From positions 3,521 to 67,520 of the forward strand of contig JAFSWB010000088.1 in the NCBI GenBank assembly GCA_017444735.1: DNA of 64,000 bases, read 5' to 3'. The translations under genes and the position numbers were made by a program. Every line of letters starts with the position of its first letter. The first letter of the stretch is position 1. Below, piece after piece: positions 9,630 to 17,860 of this stretch. This DNA comes from Clostridia bacterium. Lineage in GTDB: Bacteria; Bacillota; Clostridia; Oscillospirales; CAG-272. The notes beneath the pieces are model-generated. The model ran no database searches, was not told the DNA's origin, and saw nothing but the letters and a program-made list of their open reading frames with translations.

Positions 9630-10252
9630 TGAAAATCCTGTCGCGTGATTTTACGCTTTTTGAAAAAATACTCATAGCGATCCTTCTCCTCGTGATCGTC
9701 GGACTCGCATACTACCAGTTCGTCGACAAGCCGGTGCGTTCCGCCATAGAATCCGCGGAAGCGGAAAAGGAAGCGCTCAACATCGAGCTCTCCGGGATCA
9801 ACGCAAAGATCGCGGAGCTCGAAAAAATGCAGAACGACCTCGACAGGATCCTCGCCGATCCCACAATAAATCCGATGCCGAGTTATAACGCGATCGGCGA
9901 GATAAGAAACGTTCTCAACAACCTGCTCGGAGATCTCGGATACCGGATAACTTTTTCCAACGTCACCAAAGACAACGACCAGATCCGGCAGAACATCTCG
10001 ATGTCGTTCACCGCTCCCGATTACGACTCGGTCGATGCGCTCCTCGTCGGTCTTGAAACCAACGATATCCGCTGCAAGATCGCGGACGTCAAAGGGTCGA
10101 GGGTTTACGGATACAACTACTTCACCGGCGAAGTCATCGGAGCCGATTTCCCCGACGCGATGAACGTTTCCCTGTCCCTCACGTTTTACGAGACCATGCA
10201 CGGGGGAACTCCGGACGCCGGTCTTCCCGCCGAAACAAGCGCCGCGAACTGA
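9629..10252 (+). CDS. PilO-like bitopic pilus assembly protein
   Basis: The start overlaps the previous stop (TGATG). One TM segment followed by a coiled-coil (AEAEKEALNIELSGINAKIAELEKMQ). Synteny. Confidence 0.6.
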   Translation: MKILSRDFTLFEKILIAILLLVIVGLAYYQFVDKPVRSAIESAEAEKEALNIELSGINAKIAELEKMQNDLDRILADPTINPMPSYNAIGEIRNVLNNLLGDLGYRITFSNVTKDNDQIRQNISMSFTAPDYDSVDALLVGLETNDIRCKIADVKGSRVYGYNYFTGEVIGADFPDAMNVSLSLTFYETMHGGTPDAGLPAETSAAN

Positions 10253-10269
10253 ACCGAAAATTAAGAGAG

Positions 10270-10302
10270 GGGACAAGGGTCGAAACTGTTCTTGTCCCTT
10301 TC
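10270..10302 (+). terminator. putative terminator after the pil block
   Basis: GGGACAAG-13 nt-CTTGTCCC followed by TTTC. The T-tract is weak. Confidence 0.4.
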
Positions 10303-10320
10303 AAGAAGGAGAGATAAGCA

Positions 10321-10620
10321 ATGCTCAATATCACCAAAAACATTGAAAACGGAGAAGCGATCATTTCGCTTGAAGGACGTCTCGACACCGTGACCGCTCC
10401 GGAGCTCGAAGCGGTCGTCAAAGAGGTCGTCACGGAGGTTCACGGACTCACTCTCGATTTTTCGGGCCTCGAGTACGTCTCTTCCGCGGGGCTCAGAGTT
10501 TTGCTCTCCGCCCACAAAGCGATGAGTACGAAGAGCGGAATGAAAATCCGTCACGTGAACGATTCGATCTCCGAGATTTTTGAAGTCACCGGTTTTTCGG
10601 ATTTTCTGAACGTCGAGTAA
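10321..10620 (+). CDS. STAS-domain anti-sigma-factor antagonist
   Basis: 99 aa. LDFSGLEYVSSAGLRVLL phosphoserine context, with SpoIIAA/RsbV-like length and pattern. Confidence 0.85.
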   Translation: MLNITKNIENGEAIISLEGRLDTVTAPELEAVVKEVVTEVHGLTLDFSGLEYVSSAGLRVLLSAHKAMSTKSGMKIRHVNDSISEIFEVTGFSDFLNVE

Positions 10621-10659
10621 AAAACGGCGCCCGGCGAAGGGCGGTCCGGGGGAGTTACC

Positions 10660-11865
10660 ATGGCTGATTGCAATAAAGAAAAACTAATCCTGAAATTATC
10701 GGGAAGGATCGACTCAGGCAACGCCGCCGCGGTCGAGAAAGACCTTCTCGACCGTCTTTCCGGCGCGGGCGACGTCCGCGTCGTCATCGACGCGTCGGAC
10801 CTCGAATATATTTCGAGCGCCGGACTGCGCGTTATTCTCCGTATCCGGAAAGCGTACCCCGATCTCAAGATCACCGGCGTTTCGTCCGAGATCTACGAAA
10901 TTCTCGAAATGACCGGATTCACCGAGATGATCTCCGTTGAAAAGGCTTACAGAACGGTATCCGTCGAGGGATGCGAGGTGATCGGAGAGGGCTTCAACGG
11001 AAAAGTCTACCGCATAGATAAGGATAACGTTGTAAAGACGTATAAAAACGCCGACGCTCTCGCCGAGATACAACACGAGCGCGAGGTCGCGCGTCTCGCG
11101 CTTATCCTCGGCGTTCCCACGGCGATCTCGTACGACGTCGTCAAAGTGGGCGACAGTTACGGCTCCGTATTCGAGCTTCTCAACGCACGCTCGTTTTCAA
11201 AGATCCTTGCAAACGAGCCCGAGCTTTACGGATGGTGCGTCAGCGAATACGTTAAAATGCTGAAGAAGATCCACTCCATCGAGGTCCCGGAGGGGAAGCT
11301 CCCTCACGCAAAGGACGCCGTCGTCGCCGCGATCGGGAGGATCGGTCATCTGCTGCCGGACGGACTCGGCGACAAGCTCCTCGGAATGGCGGAGGCGATC
11401 CCCGACAGCGATCACATGATCCACGGCGATTTCCACACGAAGAATATCGTGCTCGCCGGAGACGAAGTGCTCGTTATCGATATGGACACCCTGTCCGTCG
11501 GTCATCCGATTTTCGATCTCGTCAGTATTTACAACGCTTACGTCGGGTATTCCGAGTACAACCCCGATATCGTCCTCAATTTCCAGGGCTTTGACGCCGA
11601 CCTGTCCCGCCGGTTCTGGCACGACGCCCTCGGCGCGTATCTCGGAACGGCCGACGAGGAGAGAATAAAAGAAACGGACGAGAAGGTCCGCTGTCTCTCT
11701 TACGCGAGACTGATCGATTGGAGCCTCCGCCACCACGGCGACGGAACGGAAGAAGAAAAAGCGACGAGAGCCCTCTGGACGGAGAGGCTGATCGGGCTTC
11801 TCGGCAGGGTCGATTCGCTTGATTTCGATCCTGCGCCCGCGGCGAGAGCGATCCCGACGAACTGA
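10660..11865 (+). CDS. STAS domain fused to an aminoglycoside-phosphotransferase/protein-kinase-like domain
   Basis: The N-terminal ~95 aa are STAS (IDASDLEYISSAGLRVILRI). The remainder has a kinase-like fold with GEGFNGKVYRIDKDNVVK, HGDFHTKNIVL and VLVIDMD motifs. Confidence 0.75.
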   Translation: MADCNKEKLILKLSGRIDSGNAAAVEKDLLDRLSGAGDVRVVIDASDLEYISSAGLRVILRIRKAYPDLKITGVSSEIYEILEMTGFTEMISVEKAYRTVSVEGCEVIGEGFNGKVYRIDKDNVVKTYKNADALAEIQHEREVARLALILGVPTAISYDVVKVGDSYGSVFELLNARSFSKILANEPELYGWCVSEYVKMLKKIHSIEVPEGKLPHAKDAVVAAIGRIGHLLPDGLGDKLLGMAEAIPDSDHMIHGDFHTKNIVLAGDEVLVIDMDTLSVGHPIFDLVSIYNAYVGYSEYNPDIVLNFQGFDADLSRRFWHDALGAYLGTADEERIKETDEKVRCLSYARLIDWSLRHHGDGTEEEKATRALWTERLIGLLGRVDSLDFDPAPAARAIPTN

Positions 11866-12046
11866 CGATCACCTTCGCAGACAGAGAAGTCACTTACGAC
11901 CCGAAAACCCCGACGTCACCCTCCCCGCGGAAGAACGCCGTATCGGAGGACTCGGGGTCTTTATGACGAAAGCCGTTATGGACGACATCCGGTACGAATA
12001 CAAGGACGGCCGGAATATCCCGACTCTTATCAAAGAAATCAAATGA
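11823..12046 (+). pseudogene. remnant of an RsbW/SpoIIAB-type GHKL anti-sigma kinase (N-terminal half missing, 1-nt frameshift)
   Basis: Frame 3 reads ...ARGESDPDELTITFADREVTYDP. Frame 2 continues with ENPDVTLPAEERRIGGLGVFMTKAVMDDIRYEYKDGRNIPTLIKEIK*. Together these make the C-terminal ~70 aa of the small ATP-binding-protein family. The frames switch near 11900..11903, and no upstream frame encodes the N-terminal half. Confidence 0.6.
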
Positions 12047-12062
12047 GGTTTTCTTCCGGGTT

Positions 12063-13283
12063 ATGAAGCTGCCTGAATTCGACACAAGAGAAAAAAAGCC
12101 GAAGCTGTACGCGCTGATCGCCCTGACGGCGGTCGCTCTGGCTGTCGTCTCCGTCCTGATCGCCGTCGATCGGGACGGATGCGCGGGAGCCGTCGCCGTC
12201 TTTGCGGCGGCGTACTGCTTTTTTTCCGTTCTCATTCTGCTTTATTCGTTCAGAGAACAGATACGGTATAATCCGTATTCGTATAACACCATATTCTATT
12301 TCGGCTTTTCCGTTTTCGCGTTTTTCGTGATGATAACGTTCATCGTTCTCTCCGTGCGGATATTCCGCTCGCCGGGCGTCTATCCGACGGACGCGATCGT
12401 CGGGATCCTTCTCTCCTCGGCGAAGAACTACACGGTCCTCACGCTCCCGTTCCTTCTCGTTTTTTCCGTCGCCCTGTGCGTCTCGAACGTATCGCTTATC
12501 AGGCACGAGGGCAAACGGCCCGTAAATCTGCTCGGGATCGTCCTCTCCGTCCTCATTATCGGAGGGGAGGTCTTCATCCTCACGTTCGATTTCTACGTCT
12601 CCGGCAGTCAGACGGAGGTTATGATCCACGATATCGTCGCAAACGTCTCCTCCGCGATCTTCCTGTACTTTGAATGTATGCTCATCGGAACGATCGTCGC
12701 CGACGCGATCGCCGCGAAGCACGAGCCGACGTACGGCCGCGGCTTCATCATCATCCTCGGATGCGGGCTGAAAAAAGACGGCGCGCCCTCTCCCCTTCTC
12801 CGCGGAAGGATCGAGCGCGCGCTTGAATTCAGCAAAAAGCAGGAAGAGGCGACCGGTCAGACCGCGATCTTCGTCGCGTCCGGCGGCCGCGGCCCGAACG
12901 AGCCCGTATCGGAAGCCGCCGCCATAAAGCGATATCTCATCGAACGCGGCGTGCCCGAGGAAAGGATCGTCGAGGAGGATCTCTCGACCGATACTTATGA
13001 GAATATGAAGTTCTCGAAAGAGAAGATCGACGCTATCGATCCGTCGGCGTCCGTCGCGTTCTCCACGACCAATTACCACGTCTTCCGCGGGGGCGTCTTC
13101 GCCCGCCGCGTCAAGATGCGCGCGGTCGGAATGGGAGCGAAAACGAAGTGGTATTTCTGGCCGAACGCCGCGGTGCGCGAGTTCGTCGGTCTTCTGACGA
13201 AGCACGTCGTCAAGCAAGCGGTGATCCTCGGCGCAATGATCGCCTTTTACGTCGCGATCACCGTTATCGCGTATTCCGTGTGA
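12063..13283 (+). CDS. multi-TM protein with a C-terminal DUF218/YdcF-like domain
   Basis: 406 aa. About 6 TM helices followed by IIILGCGL...VASGGRGPNEPVSEAAAIKRYL...STDTYENM, typical of DUF218. Confidence 0.75.
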   Translation: MKLPEFDTREKKPKLYALIALTAVALAVVSVLIAVDRDGCAGAVAVFAAAYCFFSVLILLYSFREQIRYNPYSYNTIFYFGFSVFAFFVMITFIVLSVRIFRSPGVYPTDAIVGILLSSAKNYTVLTLPFLLVFSVALCVSNVSLIRHEGKRPVNLLGIVLSVLIIGGEVFILTFDFYVSGSQTEVMIHDIVANVSSAIFLYFECMLIGTIVADAIAAKHEPTYGRGFIIILGCGLKKDGAPSPLLRGRIERALEFSKKQEEATGQTAIFVASGGRGPNEPVSEAAAIKRYLIERGVPEERIVEEDLSTDTYENMKFSKEKIDAIDPSASVAFSTTNYHVFRGGVFARRVKMRAVGMGAKTKWYFWPNAAVREFVGLLTKHVVKQAVILGAMIAFYVAITVIAYSV

Positions 13284-13284
13284 A

Positions 13285-14193
13285 TCATCTCTTTTTTCCG
13301 CTCCTCTGCGGGACCCGCGCCGACGGAACGAGCTTTGACGCCGGGTCGGTGTGGACCGTCTGGTCGTCGAAGAAAATGTGAGCTCCGAACGAGCGGAGGA
13401 CCTCGCTTTTTTCGATCCCTCCGAGGAAAAACGCCTCGTCGATGTTCACGTCCCACGCGCGGAGCGTCCTTATGACCCTCTCGTGAGCGGGGGCGTTTCG
13501 GGCGGTGACGAGCGCCGTCCTTATCGGCATATTGTCCTCGCTGAACTGCTTCTGAACGAGCGAGATCGTCTTGAGAAGCTTTGCAAACGGCCCCTCCGGG
13601 AGGGGTTTTTTTGCGTTTTCGCGCTCGTGCTCGGAAAAGGCGTTGAGCCCTTCCCTTTTGTAGATCGTCTCCGACTCGTCGGAGAAAATGACGGCGTCGC
13701 CGTCGAACGCGATCCTGATCTGCTCGACGGGGCGGTCCGGGTCGATCGGCTGTTCGGTCGGAGCGCAGATGATACCGGCGGCGAATCCGGCGCTTATCGC
13801 CTCCTCGACGTCCTCCTCGTCGGCGGACAGGAAAAGATCGGTCTTGAACGACGAGAGATAGGGCGCGAGGGAGGCGCCGCTGACGAGTGCGGCGCGGCTG
13901 ATGTCGAGCCCGTAGCTTTCGATCGAGTTGAAGATGCGGAGCGACGTGTCCGCGCTGTTTTTCGACATTACGATGACTTCGGTCAGCCGTCTGTCGCCCA
14001 GATTCAGATTGTGAAGCGCCTTTACGAGAGGAAACGCCGTGCCGGGCTTCAGCGTTTCGTTTTCATGCGCGCGCTGATATTCGCGGTACGCTTCGAGTCC
14101 GTCCTCTTCGAAGACGCGGTTGGCTTCTTCAAGATCGAAAAGAGCGCGCGAGGAGATGCCGACGACGAGCCGGTCGTTGAGATCAAACGCCAT
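13285..14193 (-). CDS. 5'-nucleotidase family protein (cytosolic-IA-like family)
   Basis: 302 aa. N-terminal LVVGISSRALFDLEEAN...LKPGTAFPLVKAL and NSADTSLRIFNSIESYGLDISRAA match my recollection of this family. Confidence 0.7.
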   Translation of the reverse strand: MAFDLNDRLVVGISSRALFDLEEANRVFEEDGLEAYREYQRAHENETLKPGTAFPLVKALHNLNLGDRRLTEVIVMSKNSADTSLRIFNSIESYGLDISRAALVSGASLAPYLSSFKTDLFLSADEEDVEEAISAGFAAGIICAPTEQPIDPDRPVEQIRIAFDGDAVIFSDESETIYKREGLNAFSEHERENAKKPLPEGPFAKLLKTISLVQKQFSEDNMPIRTALVTARNAPAHERVIRTLRAWDVNIDEAFFLGGIEKSEVLRSFGAHIFFDDQTVHTDPASKLVPSARVPQRSGKKR

Positions 14194-14266
14194 ATTTCAC
14201 TCCGATCGTTATCGTTATGACAATATGATATCACATCCGGCAAAGATAATCAACCGCTCGCCGGAG

Positions 14267-14295
14267 TTGCAAAAAAACAAAAAACGTAGTATAAT
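14267..14295 (+). promoter_or_regulatory. sigma-A type promoter of the G3E GTPase pair
   Basis: TTGCAA (14267..14272), a 17-nt spacer, then TATAAT (14290..14295). Confidence 0.65.
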
Positions 14296-14333
14296 ATTAT
14301 GTTGTGAAAAAAGAAAAACCGGAGGCGGAAAAA

Positions 14334-15434
14334 ATGACAAAAGTCGATATTTTTTCGGGATTTTTAGGCGCCGGAAAGACGACGCTTATCAAAAAGCTCA
14401 TAAAAGAGGCGTACCGGGGCGAGATGCTCGTCGTAATCGAAAACGAATTCGGCAAGATCGGGATCGACGGCGGATTTCTTAAGGAAGCGGGGATCGAGAT
14501 AACCGAGATGAACTCGGGCTGTATCTGCTGTTCCCTCGTCGGCGATTTCGGAAAGGCGCTGAAAAAAGTCAAGGACGAGTACGACCCCGACCGCATACTC
14601 ATCGAGCCGTCGGGCGTCGGAAAGCTCTCCGACGTCATCCGCGCCGTTCAGAACGCCCACGTTGACGGAATGGAGCTGAACGCGTTCACTACGGTCATCG
14701 ACGCCACGAAGTGCAAAATGTATATGAAGAACTTCGCGGAATTCTACCGCAATCAGATCGAATTCGCGTCGTCCGTCGTTTTCTCGCGGACGGACGGGAT
14801 CAGGAAGGAAAAGCTCGCCGAGGCGGAGGAGATCGTCCGCTCGCTGAACGGCACGGCGTCGCTCATTACCACGCCGTGGGATCAGCTCGACGGCAGGATC
14901 ATTCTCGAAACGATGGAAAAGAGGAACACGCTCGAGGCGGAGCTCCTTCACCTGCTCGAAGAGCAGAAGGAGAAGGAAGCGGGCGAGCATCATCACCACC
15001 ACCATCATCACGACGACGACGATGACGACGAGCACGAGCATCATCATCACCATCATCACGAGGACGGCGAGGAGTGCGACGATCCCGAGTGCGAGTGCCA
15101 TCATCACCACGACGACGAGCATGAGCATGAGCATCATCATCACGATCACGACGCCGACGAGGTCTTCACGAGCTGGGGGATCGAGACGTCGGACAAATTC
15201 ACGGAAAGCGCGATCGAGGACAGGCTCGACGAGCTCATGACGGGAAGATACGGCATGATACTGCGCGCGAAGGGGATCGTTCCCGCGGAGACGGGCGAGT
15301 GGATCCACTTCGACTACGTTCCCGGAGAGAAGGAGGTCCGCACCGGTTCCGCCGACGTCATCGGCAAGCTGTGCGTGATCGGGACCGGACTCGACCGGAG
15401 CGGACTCGCCGGGCTCTTCCGCGCCGATAACTGA
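14334..15434 (+). CDS. CobW/G3E-family metallochaperone GTPase with a long His/Asp/Cys-rich insert
   Basis: P-loop GFLGAGKTT, a CICCS metal motif, and a His-rich stretch (nt ~14985..15162). I chose the ATG at 14334, which has a GGAGG 8 nt upstream. The track ORF starts at a GTG at 14304. Confidence 0.85.
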   Translation: MTKVDIFSGFLGAGKTTLIKKLIKEAYRGEMLVVIENEFGKIGIDGGFLKEAGIEITEMNSGCICCSLVGDFGKALKKVKDEYDPDRILIEPSGVGKLSDVIRAVQNAHVDGMELNAFTTVIDATKCKMYMKNFAEFYRNQIEFASSVVFSRTDGIRKEKLAEAEEIVRSLNGTASLITTPWDQLDGRIILETMEKRNTLEAELLHLLEEQKEKEAGEHHHHHHHHDDDDDDEHEHHHHHHHEDGEECDDPECECHHHHDDEHEHEHHHHDHDADEVFTSWGIETSDKFTESAIEDRLDELMTGRYGMILRAKGIVPAETGEWIHFDYVPGEKEVRTGSADVIGKLCVIGTGLDRSGLAGLFRADN

Positions 15435-15444
15435 GGAGTGAGAT

Positions 15445-16389
15445 ATGGATATTCCCGTTTATCTTTTCACGGGGTTTCTCGAATCGGGAAAGACTTCGTT
15501 CATTCAGGAAACGCTGTCCCGACCCGATTTTTACGAAAACGGGAACGAGCGTCCGCTCGTGATCCTCTGCGAGGAGGGCGAGGAAGCGCTCGACCCCGGG
15601 GGGTTCCCGTCGGCGGAGGTCTGCGCCGAAACGATAGAGAATGAACGCCAGCTAAACCCCGACAAGCTGTCCGCGCTCTGCCGCAAGCATCGCGCGACGT
15701 GCGTCCTTATCGAGTATAACGGTATGTGGCAGATGAATCTTCTCTACGGGGCGCTCCCGGAGAACTGGTTCATCTTTCAGGAGGTAACGGTCGCCGACGC
15801 CGGTATGATCGGCGTCTATAACGCGAATATGCGGAATCTCGTCGTCGACAAGCTCTCGGGGTGCGATCTCGTTCTCTTCAACAGGTGCGACTCCGACACC
15901 AATTACGACGCTCTGCACAAGCTCGTCCGCGGCGTGAGCCGCCGCCCCGATATCATTTACGAGAACGTAAACGGTCAGGCGGCGTACGACGACATCGAGG
16001 ACCCGCTTCCCTTCGACATGGACGCGCCCGTCGTCGAGGTCGCCGACCGCGACTACGCGCTCTTCTACCGCGATCTCGCGGAGAACTCGCCGGCGTGGGA
16101 CGGCAAGGTCGTCCGGTTCCTCGGCCAGGTGAACGGAATGAAGGATCTGCCGAAGGGCGGATTCGTCATCGGGCGTCCCGTTATGACGTGCTGCGTCGAG
16201 GATATCGCGTTCAGCGGCCTTTTCTCGGAAAACGGCGTCGAACAGGTCGAAAACGGGTCGTGGTACCGCGTCGTCGGTCGGCTGACGGTGAAGAACTGCT
16301 CCGTCTACGGACGCGTCGGCCCCGTCATGCGCCTCGTCTCCTCGGAAAAATGCGACGCGCCGGCGGAACCCGTTTCAACGTTTTATTGA
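15445..16389 (+). CDS. G3E-like GTP-binding protein fused to a DUF1980-like C-terminal domain
   Basis: N-terminal FTGFLESGKTS P-loop. The C-terminus (GKVVRFLGQV...RPVMTCCVEDIAFSGL...WYRVVGRL...PAEPVSTFY) resembles the TIGR03943/DUF1980 C-terminal domain, from memory. Confidence 0.65.
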   Translation: MDIPVYLFTGFLESGKTSFIQETLSRPDFYENGNERPLVILCEEGEEALDPGGFPSAEVCAETIENERQLNPDKLSALCRKHRATCVLIEYNGMWQMNLLYGALPENWFIFQEVTVADAGMIGVYNANMRNLVVDKLSGCDLVLFNRCDSDTNYDALHKLVRGVSRRPDIIYENVNGQAAYDDIEDPLPFDMDAPVVEVADRDYALFYRDLAENSPAWDGKVVRFLGQVNGMKDLPKGGFVIGRPVMTCCVEDIAFSGLFSENGVEQVENGSWYRVVGRLTVKNCSVYGRVGPVMRLVSSEKCDAPAEPVSTFY

Positions 16390-16411
16390 CGAGACGGCGG
16401 GAGGGCCTTAT

Positions 16412-17077
16412 ATGGACAGAATAACGTACGAAGACATAAAAAACAGCGAAAACGTCAACACTTATATCCGTCTGGCGGATCTCTCGCTCAACGCTCTCGG
16501 CTACACCGAGCACAGCTTCGCCCACGTGACGGTCGTTGCGGAGAAGACGGGATATATCCTTGAAACGCTCGGCTACGACGACCGGACCGTCGAGCTCGGA
16601 AAGATCGCCGGATATCTTCACGATATCGGCAACCTCGTCAACCGGGACGATCACAGCCAGTCCGGCGCGATAATGGCGTTCAGGATCCTCGATCACCTGA
16701 AATTCCCGCCGGAGGAGACGGGAATGATCGTCACCGCGATCGGGAATCACGACGAGGGTACCGGCACGCCCGTCAGTCCGCTCGCCGCCGCCCTGATCCT
16801 CGCGGACAAAAGCGACGTGAGGCGCAACCGCGTGAGAAATCAGGACGTGTCGACGTTCGACATCCACGACCGCGTGAACTACTCGGTCAAAAAGGCGGAG
16901 CTGAAGATCAACGAGGCTCATACGCTCATCAAGCTGAAGCTGTCCGTCGATACGCGCTACGGTTCGGTGATGGACTATTTCGAGATCTTCTTACAGAGGA
17001 TGATCCTCTGCAGGAAGGCGGCGGAATTCCTCGGGCTTGAATTCAAGCTGATGATAAACGAACAACAACTAATATAA
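16412..17077 (+). CDS. HD-domain phosphohydrolase
   Basis: 221 aa with H...HDIGN (GYLHDIGNLV) and a later HD. Confidence 0.8.
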   Translation: MDRITYEDIKNSENVNTYIRLADLSLNALGYTEHSFAHVTVVAEKTGYILETLGYDDRTVELGKIAGYLHDIGNLVNRDDHSQSGAIMAFRILDHLKFPPEETGMIVTAIGNHDEGTGTPVSPLAAALILADKSDVRRNRVRNQDVSTFDIHDRVNYSVKKAELKINEAHTLIKLKLSVDTRYGSVMDYFEIFLQRMILCRKAAEFLGLEFKLMINEQQLI

Positions 17078-17171
17078 AACCGAAAATGTGCTCATAATAA
17101 CCGAAAAATGTGATAAATACTTGACACCCCCCTTTTTTTTAGTATACTATAAATAAAGTAACAATAATGAG

Positions 17172-17801
17172 TTGATTACTATTCCGGTGAAGATCAGCAG
17201 GCAGTACTACGCATATATTTTCAGTGTAAATCAAACCTCCAGCTCGAATCAATACTTTTTTAGGGCAAAAGAATATGTTTTTGATTTACTAGGAAAATCC
17301 TTGTCAGGTGGAATAAACAATAGAACATACTACATAGGAATGGGGTCTACGTCTTATATTAGTCCTTGCTTGGAAGCAATATCCGATTGGAACTCGCTGT
17401 TAAGTCCAAGTAATGGATACGGTGTTAATTTTAACTTCTCAAGGGTGTACTTGCCAACAAACGCTACATTCAATTTTTGGGGAGAAAATCAACCAGATGA
17501 ACCGTGGGTAGGGCTTACAAGATTTTTTGATTCTTCAGGGAACTCACTTAATAATTTGAATGCTCTCCCCAACTATACAACCACTAATTGGAGTCGAGCA
17601 TCAATAATCATTAATAGTTATTTTGCATCTGATCTGACATATAATAAAAAAAAGAGCGTTTTTAATCATGAAATCGGTCACGCATTGGGGTTGGCGCATG
17701 TAGATCCCACTAATCTCATTATGCGTCAAGGTGTTTTTGACAGAACCGTTATTATACCAAAAGTTGGTGATTTAAAAGGAGCAGAATATATTTATTCTTG
17801 A
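17172..17801 (+). CDS. metzincin-type zinc metalloprotease-like protein (no signal peptide visible)
   Basis: HEIGHALGLAH is the HExxHxxGxxH motif. The gene lies in a low-G+C stretch. The start is uncertain: TTG at 17172, with in-frame stops just upstream. Confidence 0.55.
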   Translation: MITIPVKISRQYYAYIFSVNQTSSSNQYFFRAKEYVFDLLGKSLSGGINNRTYYIGMGSTSYISPCLEAISDWNSLLSPSNGYGVNFNFSRVYLPTNATFNFWGENQPDEPWVGLTRFFDSSGNSLNNLNALPNYTTTNWSRASIIINSYFASDLTYNKKKSVFNHEIGHALGLAHVDPTNLIMRQGVFDRTVIIPKVGDLKGAEYIYS

Positions 17802-17860
17802 ACTATTTACGGTAATATTATAAAGGGATATTATTCTAAAGAAATCATTAGGAGGTAGAT

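Noticed and set aside
13281-13287. Convergent DUF218 and 5'-nucleotidase genes whose stop codons are separated by one nucleotide, with no terminator
   Set aside because: This was noted as tight packing only. There is no evidence of anything beyond ordinary convergent gene ends.
14210-14230. Zur/Fur-type box upstream of the CobW-like genes (TATCGTTATGACAATATGATA)
   Set aside because: It is only an imperfect palindrome (about 14 of 21 positions self-complementary). It lies ~37 nt upstream of the -35 element rather than over the promoter. It does not match the Zur consensus I remember.
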